This document shows, piece after piece, positions 11,330 to 21,700 of a stretch of DNA of 64,000 nt. Positions within the stretch are counted from its first letter, which is position 1. Every line of letters begins with the position of its first letter. The DNA comes from Stegostoma tigrinum (lineage: Eukaryota). The translations under genes and the position numbers were made by a program. The stretch is from positions 34,870,705-34,934,704 of the forward strand of contig NC_081380.1 in the NCBI RefSeq assembly GCF_030684315.1, given 5' to 3'. A model generated the notes under the pieces. It ran no database searches, was not told where the DNA came from, and saw nothing but the letters and a program-made list of their open reading frames with translations.

Positions 11330-13540
11330 TCATGCAACATTGTGCTCGCGTTGTCAACAAAATCTTAGGGCTTTGAGTGACTTGGGCTATGGCAAGATGT
11401 GCAGTAGGATCAGTCCAGTGAGGCCCTTCTTGACACTGGGAGCAACTTGAGCCATATTTATGCTTTTTCAGAAGTGAGGTGATTAGATTCAAGCTCAGCA
11501 GCGGTGTGTTGCCAACTGACAGTGATTATTGCTTGTTAAACATTTGACAGTAACCCATTAATCAACTTTCTATCTCAACAAACTTGCCCAACAAGTCCAA
11601 TATGTGGAAAAGTCAACTCTGATACCAACGTGTACCTACTGGACATAGCTTGCTTTTGTTCCGAACAGCCTCCATGCTGTGCTGTCTGAGACAGAGGTAA
11701 AGTTCAAGACTAGGCCCTCATCTAAAGATGTTGGCATCTGCCAAACCATCATAGTACTTCTCCAGATACAGTGGAATACCTCAGATGAAATACTTTGTAA
11801 GGTATACTGACAACTAGCATTGAAAGGCCTCAGCAGTGATGCTTTGTGTCCAGGTACAAATACCCAGCTCATGGATTGAACCAGGCTACATCTCAGGCCT
11901 TCTTGCTGGCTCAGGATCTACATATAGGCTCACAGCATCCATGGCTTGCAATACGTTGCCATGTTGCGCCTGTTAGCATTTTGGAGCTTTGGCCAAGGCT
12001 GTTACCGCTGTTCTGAGCTGCTCTTTAGTGCAGACACTCAAAGATTGCTTGTCGTTAGGGACTCTTCTGGAAAGGGTGACAGCTTGACAAATGGCACATC
12101 CAAGCATCAATTTAACTCGGCAGGGGAGCTGCCTCAGCACAGTCTGGTGAGGTGTTCAGTGGTCAGTCCATGAGTGCCTGTACCAGCAGTCGGGGGAGCC
12201 CAGTATTGTCAGTCGGAAATGATCAGGGGTCTGGTCCGTCATGCCCAGAGACCACTCATTAAAGTTGGTTACAGCTCTGGGACAAAAATGGTCCTGGGTG
12301 TCCAACTTTCAGGATGGCTTTACAGGAGGGGACTTGGGTGGTAGTTGGGGGGGGGGGGGGTATCAGAAATACTTGGACATCTCAATAATGTGGAATTGAG
12401 CAGCAAGGCATTACAAAAGGCCAAAGGTGAGGATTAAGGGTAAACACAGTTCCTCCACTTTCAAGGGTCCTGTGCAAGCTCTACCAGTTGCATCCTCATC
12501 TATCCTATCTGCAATGATGGTCTGTCCTGAATGCAGTGTGAGCCGGAGTATTTGATGTGTGTCCACTGTAGATAGGGTGCTGGTTTATTGCAGACAGACA
12601 TTTCTTGAAGGCACTAGGTGGCACCTTAAAGTTAGTGCATCCCAAACCTGGGTGTGGATCAACAGCGCTGATATGTCCCTCACGAGCATGTGGAGCATGT
12701 GTCGACTTATGGTGATGTGCTCAGCCTCCGCTGCAGGGTATGCCACCCTGAACTGTTCTGAGATCTAAGAAATGGCCCTTCTATTCCCGTTTTAGGTTAT
12801 TTCCACCAGGGATTGTGGAATGGGAACAGTCTGAGGAGGAAGAAGAAGCTGTGTTGCCCATTGTCAGAGCTCAGCTGTGTCTGGTGCTTCGGGCCAAACA
12901 AAACATCATTCATACCCACTTCCAATGGATAAGAGGCAGTAGACAATTGTGGACTGCAAATTAATTTTTGGTCATGCAGCATTGCTGGGGTAAAATTCAA
13001 CCTCTATTGATTTTGTTTGTATTCCTGTTTGCTTTCTGTAAACGAAAGCTCATGTTTGTATTTGTCCACTTACTTCCCAAATCTGATTAAAAACCAAAAG
13101 AACTGCAGATGCTGTAAATCGGGAACAAAAACAGTGACCCTTCCTCAGTCACTGGATCCAAAACGTTAACTCTGATCTTTTCTTCACAGTTGCTGCCAGA
13201 CCTGCTGAGCTTTTCCTGCAACTTTGTTTTTTGTTGCCAAATCTGCTGTTCCTGTACTGGCCAATGACAGGCTACGAGTCTATAGTGTGCTTTGGGAATA
13301 CTTCACATGTCCATAGCCTACATACCTCTGTACAGCTTCCAAGTATGCGGCCTGATGGTTAAACAGCAACTTAGGTGAAAGATGGGATTATATGTCCAAT
13401 GGAATGCCAGCCACATGCTGTGAGCAGTGTGGCATTTTTGGGGGTAGCTGTGCCATGATGTTGCTGCTAAGCGGGGCCATACTGGATTGCCAACACTTGT
13501 CTGGGTGCTCAGCAGCCTTTCAAAGGTAGCACAGGTGCAA
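11330..13540 (-). mobile_element. Highly decayed LINE, possibly L1/Tx1 clade
   Basis: ORF 11636-11872 (SISSEVFHCIWRS..SLDEG) resembles the post-RT 'IFxFIW..SLDKGG' region of Tx1-like ORF2; weak evidence. Confidence 0.35.
13086..13236. mobile_element. Pseudo-LTR fold-back fragment
   Basis: Same family as the 7698 insertion; TSD CCAAATCTG at 13077 and 13237. Confidence 0.75.
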
Positions 13541-14434
13541 GTGCTGTCAGTTTTTCAGTGGATAGATACCTGCTGAGCGACAAGTTGTTCTGGGAATGGT
13601 GCATGGTAAGGCAGAGCGGAAATCAGATGTTAGAGATGCAGTTAATGCAGTAAATTTGGTAAGATTAAACAAGAAAATATGCCAAGCCTCGTGGGGGGGA
13701 AAAAAAAATGCAACTTTAGCCAAAAAAATTAAATCATTTGTGTCTGCTTGATTCCCAAATTTGCACTCATGGAATTGGGAGATGCCTCCTATTTTTAAAA
13801 AGAATGAGAAATTCAGAGGAAAATATGAAGGTATTATTAGTGTAGTACATTGCAATTGCTTTACAGCGTAGAACTTAGCATTGCCAAAAACAGTCAAGGT
13901 TTTTCATCCTACACTCATCAGGATTGCATGCTACAAACCAGCCCTGTACAGCTGAATATCTAAAAGTTCAGACAAACGTTATGGCCTAGCCACATATTTG
14001 TGTTTTCAAGAAAAGCATGAAGATGTTACAATTAAAGATAGACTATCCCACATCCTCAAAGTAAGGTCACCACAGTGCAACTCTTTCATCAAAGGTAGGT
14101 GGGACTGGTGGTGGTTTAAACTGTGTGTCACCAGAGCTCAGGTGAGGGGAAGAGGCTGAGAAGGAGAGTCCTTCATGGTAACCTCAGCTGATGCAGGAAA
14201 TGAACCCACGCTGTTGGTATTTGCAAACCAGCCATCCAGCTAACTGATTCCTCAGTACTGAAATAGGCACAATGCTTTCATACAACAACAATGTGTGACT
14301 TTTGTGACAGTACACTACACAGTTTCACCATGTTTAATTCTAAACTTAATTATTATAAACAAATGGAGCTTGTGACAATTTTTCTGCAAAGCATTTGGCT
14401 GCTAGTGATGTTACAAAATGTCTGGAATTTAAAA

Positions 14435-15290
14435 GACCATAAAAAATAGGAACAGCAGCATGCTGGTCAGTCCCCTCAAGCCTGTACTGCCATTCAAAAG
14501 GATCACGACTGATCTGACACTCATGTCCACCTTCCTGCCCTTTCCCCAAACTCTTGATCTGCTTACTGATCAAGAATCTATCTATCTCAGCCTTAAATAC
14601 ACAAAAAGACTCTGTCCCTACATTCTCTGTGGCAAGGAGTTCCAAAGGCTCTTGTGAATTCCTTCTCAATCTTAAATTGGTACCTCTTTATTCTGGTCCT
14701 ATGCCCTCTGATCCTACAGGGGAAGCATCCTCTCAGCATTTACCCTGTCAAGTCCCTCGAGAATCCTACGTGTTTCAATGAGATCACTTCTAGTGAGAAG
14801 AGTCCCAATCCGTTTAGCTTTTGCTTCTGAAAGGATTGTTGTATATCAAGGATTATCCTAGTGAACTTTCTCCAACTAACTCCAAGGAAATGATATCTTT
14901 CCTTAAATAACAGGGCCAAACTGCTCACTGTATCCCAGATAGGGTCTCAACAGTGCCTTGTACAGTTAGTAGTAAGACTTCCATACTCTTGTAATCCAGC
15001 CTGTTGAAATAAAAGCCAACATTCCATTCAGGTCTGAGGAAGGATCATCAGACCTGAAATGTTAACTCTGTTTTCTCCTTCACAGGTGCTGCCAGACCTG
15101 CTGAGCTTTTCCAACAACTTTGTTTTTGTTCCAACATTCCATGAGCCTGGTAGATTACTTACTGCACCTAGTTGTGTGTTTCGGCCACAATCCCAAATAC
15201 CCTTTATGGTGCAGCTTTCAGTCTTCATATCAGTAACACGCTTTTGTTCTCCTTCTTAAAATGAACACCTTGGCATTTTCCCACATTATG
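14435..15290 (-). mobile_element. CR1 LINE 3' fragment
   Basis: FKAEIDRFL and LGLFSLE motifs. Confidence 0.8.
15028..15130 (+). mobile_element. Pseudo-LTR fragment with degenerate hammerhead (CTGAGGA at 15034)
   Basis: Perfect TSD CCAACATTCCAT at 15016 and 15131, interrupting a CR1. Confidence 0.8.
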
Positions 15291-15702
15291 CTCCGGAAAA
15301 TGCTGGAAATATCCAGTGGGTCAAAGGTCACTGGCATTGTCTTCAGTGTGTATCTGACTCAAATGTTTCAGACTCCCCTTTTCTCCCTTAAAGCTCCCTC
15401 CTTTCCATTCCACCCCTAACCCCAATTAAAGCTGTCCAGGAAACACCCACTGTACTTCCCCAACCTTAGCCCAGCACCCATTCGTAAAGGGCTGCTGTGT
15501 GAGTGTATTTGGACATCTTGAATGCATACGAAATACTGTTCCCAGTAATTTGTTTTTACAAACTCAAATTAAAGGTGGAATAGCACATCTGACACAATCT
15601 GTCATTGTGAGTGCTGCGCCTCCCGCTGAAACCTCGCAACGCTGCGTTCTCATTTCGAAACTGGTGTTCCTTCAAATTGCAATTACCAGACACTGCCTCG
15701 TT

Positions 15703-15720
15703 AAATCGAAACCGAAACTG
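15703..15720 (+). promoter_or_regulatory. ISRE / IRF-binding element
   Basis: AAATCGAAACCGAAACTG contains GAAANNGAAACT and ends 27 nt before the tapasin-like ATG. Confidence 0.8.
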
Positions 15721-15747
15721 TCGCTGCGCCTGGACCGACGATGCACA

Positions 15748-15793
15748 ATGTATCTGGAGGTGTTCCTGTTGCATTTTTGGATTGTTGCAGCCG
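15748..15793 (+). CDS. TAPBPL: Tapasin-like exon 1, signal peptide (MYLEVFLLHFWIVAA-G)
   Basis: Hydrophobic leader with phase-1 donor gtaaga; joins to give ...AAGIVQA-QNG, a plausible signal peptidase site. Confidence 0.85.
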
Positions 15794-18700
15794 GTAAGAA
15801 CGTCGAACGCTTCCAGGATGAAAGAGGCAGGACGTGTTTTAAGTTTTGACATTGGTCATTTGACGATTGGAAAGCGGCGTTTCGGACGAAACTAAATCTT
15901 GTGGGATCCTTAAAGGTCAAGACCAGGTTAAAATGGCAGCGCAGCTGCTTATCTTTCGGTTCCTGGTGATAGCTGCAAATGGTCTTGGATATAATGAACA
16001 CATCAGTACGCGATGAACGTCATTGGCTCACTATTTCAATGACGGGAGAATAAACTGGCTTTTGGAACCCTTCCCCCTTCTTTTCCAATTGGGAGAAGGT
16101 TAAAAGCTTATGCATAACACGGACCGAGGGTTGGGCGAAACATTTTTCTGATTGCCATTGTGATTGTGAAGATTTCCTCTTTAGGTCAATTTAGCTCAGT
16201 TTAGTTGGACTATTCCCCTGAACTACAAGGCACTGCCACCACAATGCAGTGCTGAAGGAGCAAGTTCTTCAGGGTGGGAGTATGGTGATAGGTGAGCACA
16301 GGTAGGGAGTGGTCAGTGAGGTGGGAGTGGGGGATAGGTGCGAAAGAAGATGGACAAGTTGTATAAGGACAGAGAGGCCAGGATGACAGGTAGGGTTGGT
16401 CATGGAATGAGGCTGGGGTGGTGGTGGGAGATTTTGGAACTGCTAAAGTCCACATTTAGGCCATTGGGTTGTAGGGTCCCCAGGCGGAATATGAGGTGCT
16501 GCTGCTGCTTCAGTTTCCGGGTGGTGCCATTGTGACACTGGAGAAGGCCCAGGATGGACACGTCGCCCAGGGAATGGGAGGGAGAGTTGACCAGAAGGTG
16601 GTCTTGTTGTTTGTTGCGAACAAAGCGGTCTCTGAGCCTCCGCTTGGTCTCTCCGATGTAGAGGAGGCCACATCGGGAGCAGCAGATGCAGTAGACCACA
16701 GTGATGGATGTGCAGGTGAACCTCTGTCAAATGTGAAAGGTTTGTTTGGGGCCTTGAATGAAGGTAAAGGGGGAGGTGAGGGGGCAGGCGTAGCACTTCC
16801 TGTGGTTGCAGGGAAAGGTGCCATGGGTGGTGGGGCTAGTGGGGAGTGTGGAGCAGATGAGGGAGTCATGGAGAGAGCAGTCCCTACAAAAGAGAGGTGG
16901 GAGTGGGGAGGGAAATATATCTTTGGTTATGGGGTTGGATTGCAGGTGGCGGAAGTGGCGGAGAATGATACATTGGATATGGAGGTTAGTGGAGTGATAT
17001 GTGAGGACAAGGGGGATTCTGTCTTTGTTTTTGTTGGGGGGGCGGGGATGAGAGGACAGAGGTGCAAGAAATGTGGTCGAGAGCATTTTCAACCACTGAA
17101 GGGGAGAAGTTACGGTTCTTGAAATAAGATGACAAATGGGATGTTCGGGAGTGAAACACCCCCGTCGTGGGAGCAGGCAGAGGTGGAGGAATTGGGAATA
17201 GGGGATTGCATTCTTGCAGGAAGGTGGGTGAGAGGAGGCGCAGTCTAGGTAGTTGTGGGAGTCGGTGGGCTTGAGATAGACATTGGTTTCGAGGCAGTCA
17301 CCAGAGATGGAAACAGAGGGGTCTAGGAAGGAGAGGGAGGTATCAGAGATGGTCCAGGTGAACTTGAAGTTGGGGTGAAAGGTGTTCGTAAAGTGGATGA
17401 ACTGTTCAAGCCCCTGATGGGAGTACGAAGCATTGCTGACACAGTCATCGATGTAGCGGAGGAAGAGGTGGGGGATGGGACCAGTGTAGCTGCGGAAGAG
17501 GGCCTGTTCCACGTATCCTACAAAGAGGCAGGCGTAGCTTGGGCTCATGCTGGTACCCAGGGTCACCCCCCTTTGTAGGAAGTGGGAGTTCCCTATCTTC
17601 CCCAGACACACCCCTCTTCTCTATTTATCTTCGAGCTCCCTTGCCCGTTCCGCTTTTCTGAAGAAGGGTCCTAACCTGAAACAGCAACTTTCCTCTCATG
17701 TTGCCTGGCTTGCTGTGTGTGTTATCGCTGAAGGTTTAAGGTTTGGTAGCCATAGTCTTACCTTAGGCTGCTTTCTACTGGAGAGATAGAGACAGAGAGA
17801 GATAACTGGTGCTGGTTTAACCTCAGCTGAGTGTAGTGGTAGTCCTTCATAGTAATCTCAGCTGTTGCAGGAATTGAACCCACGCTATTGGTATCTCTTT
17901 GCAGCACAACTGGCAATAAAACCAACTGAACTCAATGCTGTTGTAATGCTTTTCATGATTGATGGAACTGTAAAGTCCTTGTGAGAGACAGCTAGATGTT
18001 AAAATGTCGCTACCTCTAGGCAACTAGAGATGGGCAATAAATGCTGATCTAATCAATGATGTCTCCATCCCATTAACAAAATAAAGTAAAGAAGGGGTTG
18101 GCTAGCTCACTTGGTTGAGTACAGAGTGACACCAATGATGCGGGTTCAGTTCCTACATCGGCCGAGATCAATGTGAGAGTCCTGCCTTCTCAACCTTAGC
18201 CCCTCACCTGAGCTGTGATGACCCTCCGGTTAAACCACCCATCAATCATGTCGCTATCTCATGGACAAGCAGCCCTATGATCATCTGGGACCGTGATGAC
18301 TTCACCTTATCTTCATTTTAAAGAAGAACAGAGAGTTCTTTGTTATCTGTGGAAGATTTCTGGCCACTGAGGGAATGCAACTGATTCCAAGGATGGCAGG
18401 ATTGACATTGGAGGGAGATTGGACTGGTTAGGACTACATTCACTGGAGTTTAGAAGAATGAGGGGGAGATCTGCTAGAAACCTATAAAATTTTAACAGGA
18501 TTGGACAGGGTTAATGCAGTAAGGATGTTCCTGATGACCAGGAAGTCAAGAGCCAGACATCTCAGTACAAGGGTACAGGGTAGATCATTTAGGATTAAGA
18601 TGATGAAAATTTCCTTCGCCCTGGGAGTGGTGAGCCTGTGGAACTATCTGCCTTAGAAAGCAGCTGAGGACAAAAATATTTGATCTTTTCAAGAAGGATG

Positions 18701-21700
18701 TAGACATAGTTCTTGGGGACATAAAAGAGTATGTGGAGAAAGCAGAACACTGTACTGAGATAACAAGGTGTGGAGCTGGATGAACACAGCAGGCTGAGCA
18801 GCATCAGAGGATCAGGAAAGCTGACATTTTGGGTCTAGACCCTTCTTCAGAAATGGGGGCGGGGAAAGGGGATTCTGAAATAAATAGGGAGAAAGGGGGA
18901 GTTAGATAGAAGATGGATAAAGGAGAACAGTGTACTGAGTTGGATCAGAAACAGAAGTTGGTGGAAAAGCTCAGCAGGTCTGGCAGCATCTGTGAAGAGG
19001 AAGAGTTACTGCACCCAAAATGTTAACTCTGATTTTTTTCTTCACAGATGTTGCAGTTGCTTTTCCAGCAACTTCTGTTTTTGTTCCTGATTTACAGCAT
19101 GTGCAATTCTTTCAGTATTTATGTACTAAGCTGGATGATCAGCTATGATCATACTGGATGGCGAAGCAGGCTCCCGAGACTAAATGGCCAAATCCTGCAC
19201 CTATTTTCTGTGTTTCTCTGTGTCGTATACCACAGCAAAGACATCAGCCAATATCACCCATTTGTGTAATTCATTACAGTGAAGTTATATGGCCTGTATT
19301 TGGCTCTGTGTTCGATCAACTTACATTTAATGTGTTAGCTAACTTATGACTAACTTACTCAGAGAAAGGCACTCCTTGAGTCGTTTATGGAAATCTAACG
19401 GTTTTATTTAGGAGCTTTCTGTGAATTTGTGGACTGATTGAGTGGACAGAGTGAAGTGCAGTCTGGTTGAAAGCCTTTGGAACATACAACTGGCTCCATA
19501 ACATGGAGACCTATTCATACTTAACTTCATATTAGGGCTGAGGCTAGTTTAACGGCATTCAGTTCAATAACATAACATCGTTGTGCATGTACACTTACAT
19601 TTAAGACTACTTTAATTTCGGGAGTCACAAACTAATCCATGTAAAATGAATTAGCTTCAGAATATAACCCACTAATTGAAAACTTTAGGAGCAGAACAAA
19701 ATCCTAGCTAATATTCTCAAGTTCTCCAATCTTTTTGTAATATGGAAAATTGACCTTGTCAAAAATGGACTAAAATGTTCAATTTGTAATTTACTATATG
19801 TTTTTGAACTTTAAACTCATGGGCCACTGTGACATTATATGATGGGAGTCAATGTTAAAAGATTCGTTTATTCATTGAGGTGCCTGGGTAATTTGTGGAG
19901 TGTGGTATGCATTTGGTATTAAAAGTTTTTTTTATTTAGGTGCTTAATGTATTTTTAAGGAATTGTGCAGGCACAGAATGGACGCAGGATTCCAGGCAGA
20001 AAATTGGACTGCACGTTTGTAGAGCAAAAACAAAATGAACAGGCTGATGTTTTTGGGCCAATCGTCATCAAAAGGAAGGCAACCTTACTGTTTGGTGATA
20101 TTGCTACAAATGACGAGGCCATTATTTTTAAAGTTCAAGGTAAGGATGAAGCATATCTTCAAATTAATTCTCTCAGGCAAGCCCCCTCTGCTGTACATAG
20201 AGTAAAACAATGTAGAAGTGCTTTAATGCTCCCAAAGTTACTTGTATTAAAGTCCAACATTGTTTATTTTGTTAGAGTAGCAGATCTCCTATGGCATTGC
20301 TCATAAGAATTCAGACAATCCACTGATATCTAAGAAGTAATAAATGCTGTAAAACACAAGAGATATAAATTGTAACACCCACCATTCTATTGGAAAATTA
20401 ATAAATTAAGTGCAATACTGGTTTTATATCCAGCCTGATTATTTTTTATTGAAGTCACTGGTGAGTAATATTGTTCAGAGATTTAAACAGATGTTCCATA
20501 TGATCCATTGGTTTCCCAGCCAGCAAGTTCAGTCAAAAACATCCTCAAAACAAATTATTCTCCAGATAAATATAGGTATGCATCTCTTTAATTGTACAAC
20601 TCTAACTGAATCCAGGGTTTGAAGCTGAGCAAGGAAACTCGTAGGCTGATTCATGGCCAGCTCAAGGCAACACTTTAAAAGGACCAGAACCACATCAGCC
20701 CTGGTCTTTATTAAATGGCTGAACAGGCTTGAAGTATCAGATAGCCAACTTCTGTTCCTAAATTTTATGTTTCTGTGTCCTGCAGCACAGTTTCGGTGAA
20801 TGACTTCAACCTAGGCTTCCTGGATCGAAGGCAGGGACAGTACCACTAATGATCAAGTCTATAGTTTGTTTTCAATTAAACCAGTTTTTCTAATCAACTG
20901 TTCAGAGTTGTTATTACACATCTCTTGAGCAGGTAGGACTTGAATCCAGGGACGCAACCACTGTACCGCAAGAGGGTCCCCTTGTGTGCAATCAAGTGAA
21001 GCCTCAATGAATGCCATTCACCTGCATATAATTAAACATAATTGACATACAATTAATATGGGCTTTAGTGGACACTACTTACCTGCCCTTTTGATCGTAA
21101 TCCAATAGAATATAAAATTGATGCAATCATTTAGGTCTCATTATCAACCATAGGTTATGCGACTTGCCATGTCTGAGTACACAGTGTGAAAGAATGAACA
21201 ATCTTGCACACCCCATTTCAATTTGGTGCAAATGGAGCTTAACATAGTGAAGCAATTCATTTACTGAGACTTACCAATAAAGTGAAAATATAAGGGTATA
21301 CCTGGGCAGATTGCTGTGCTTAAGTTGGCTTCTGCATTTCTTACATTACTCTAGGGATTATTTGTCAAATGTAATTCCTTGGCTGAAAAACTCTCTTGGA
21401 GATATTTTGAGCTTTGTAAAGGTGCTGAACAGACGTTTCATGAAAGACAAGGTGTTAACAAGAATCCATTACTGGAAAAAAACAATTCTGCACAACCTCT
21501 GAAATTATAACATGACAAGGCTAGCTTACTCTTTAAGAGTGACCTGTTTCGATCAAAAGTTAGGCTGCATTTTCAATGTTTAGTTTGAAAACATCTTTTG
21601 GGACAGACGAGTCTACAGGTTCTTCAGCTCCCTGAAGTCAGTCTATTAAATATATATATTCAAGATGTAAATTCAATTTTTCAGAAAAATTTATAGGATC

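Larger units (their letters stand above)
15600..16140. promoter_or_regulatory. CpG-enriched promoter/first-exon region of the tapasin-like gene
   Basis: Visibly more CG dinucleotides than the CpG-depleted flanks (judged by eye, not computed). Confidence 0.6.

Noticed and set aside
12347-12360. G14 homopolymer
   Set aside because: A simple run inside a decayed repeat; no evidence of function, and its length may be a sequencing artefact.
16496-17122. 208-aa plus-strand ORF (and similar antisense ORFs at 37855-39449)
   Set aside because: Antisense shadow frames of the C-rich Penelope ORF.
19940-19959. Alternative upstream acceptor (tttag at 19938-19939) for tapasin-like exon 2
   Set aside because: Gives an in-frame TAA within three codons after the phase-1 join.
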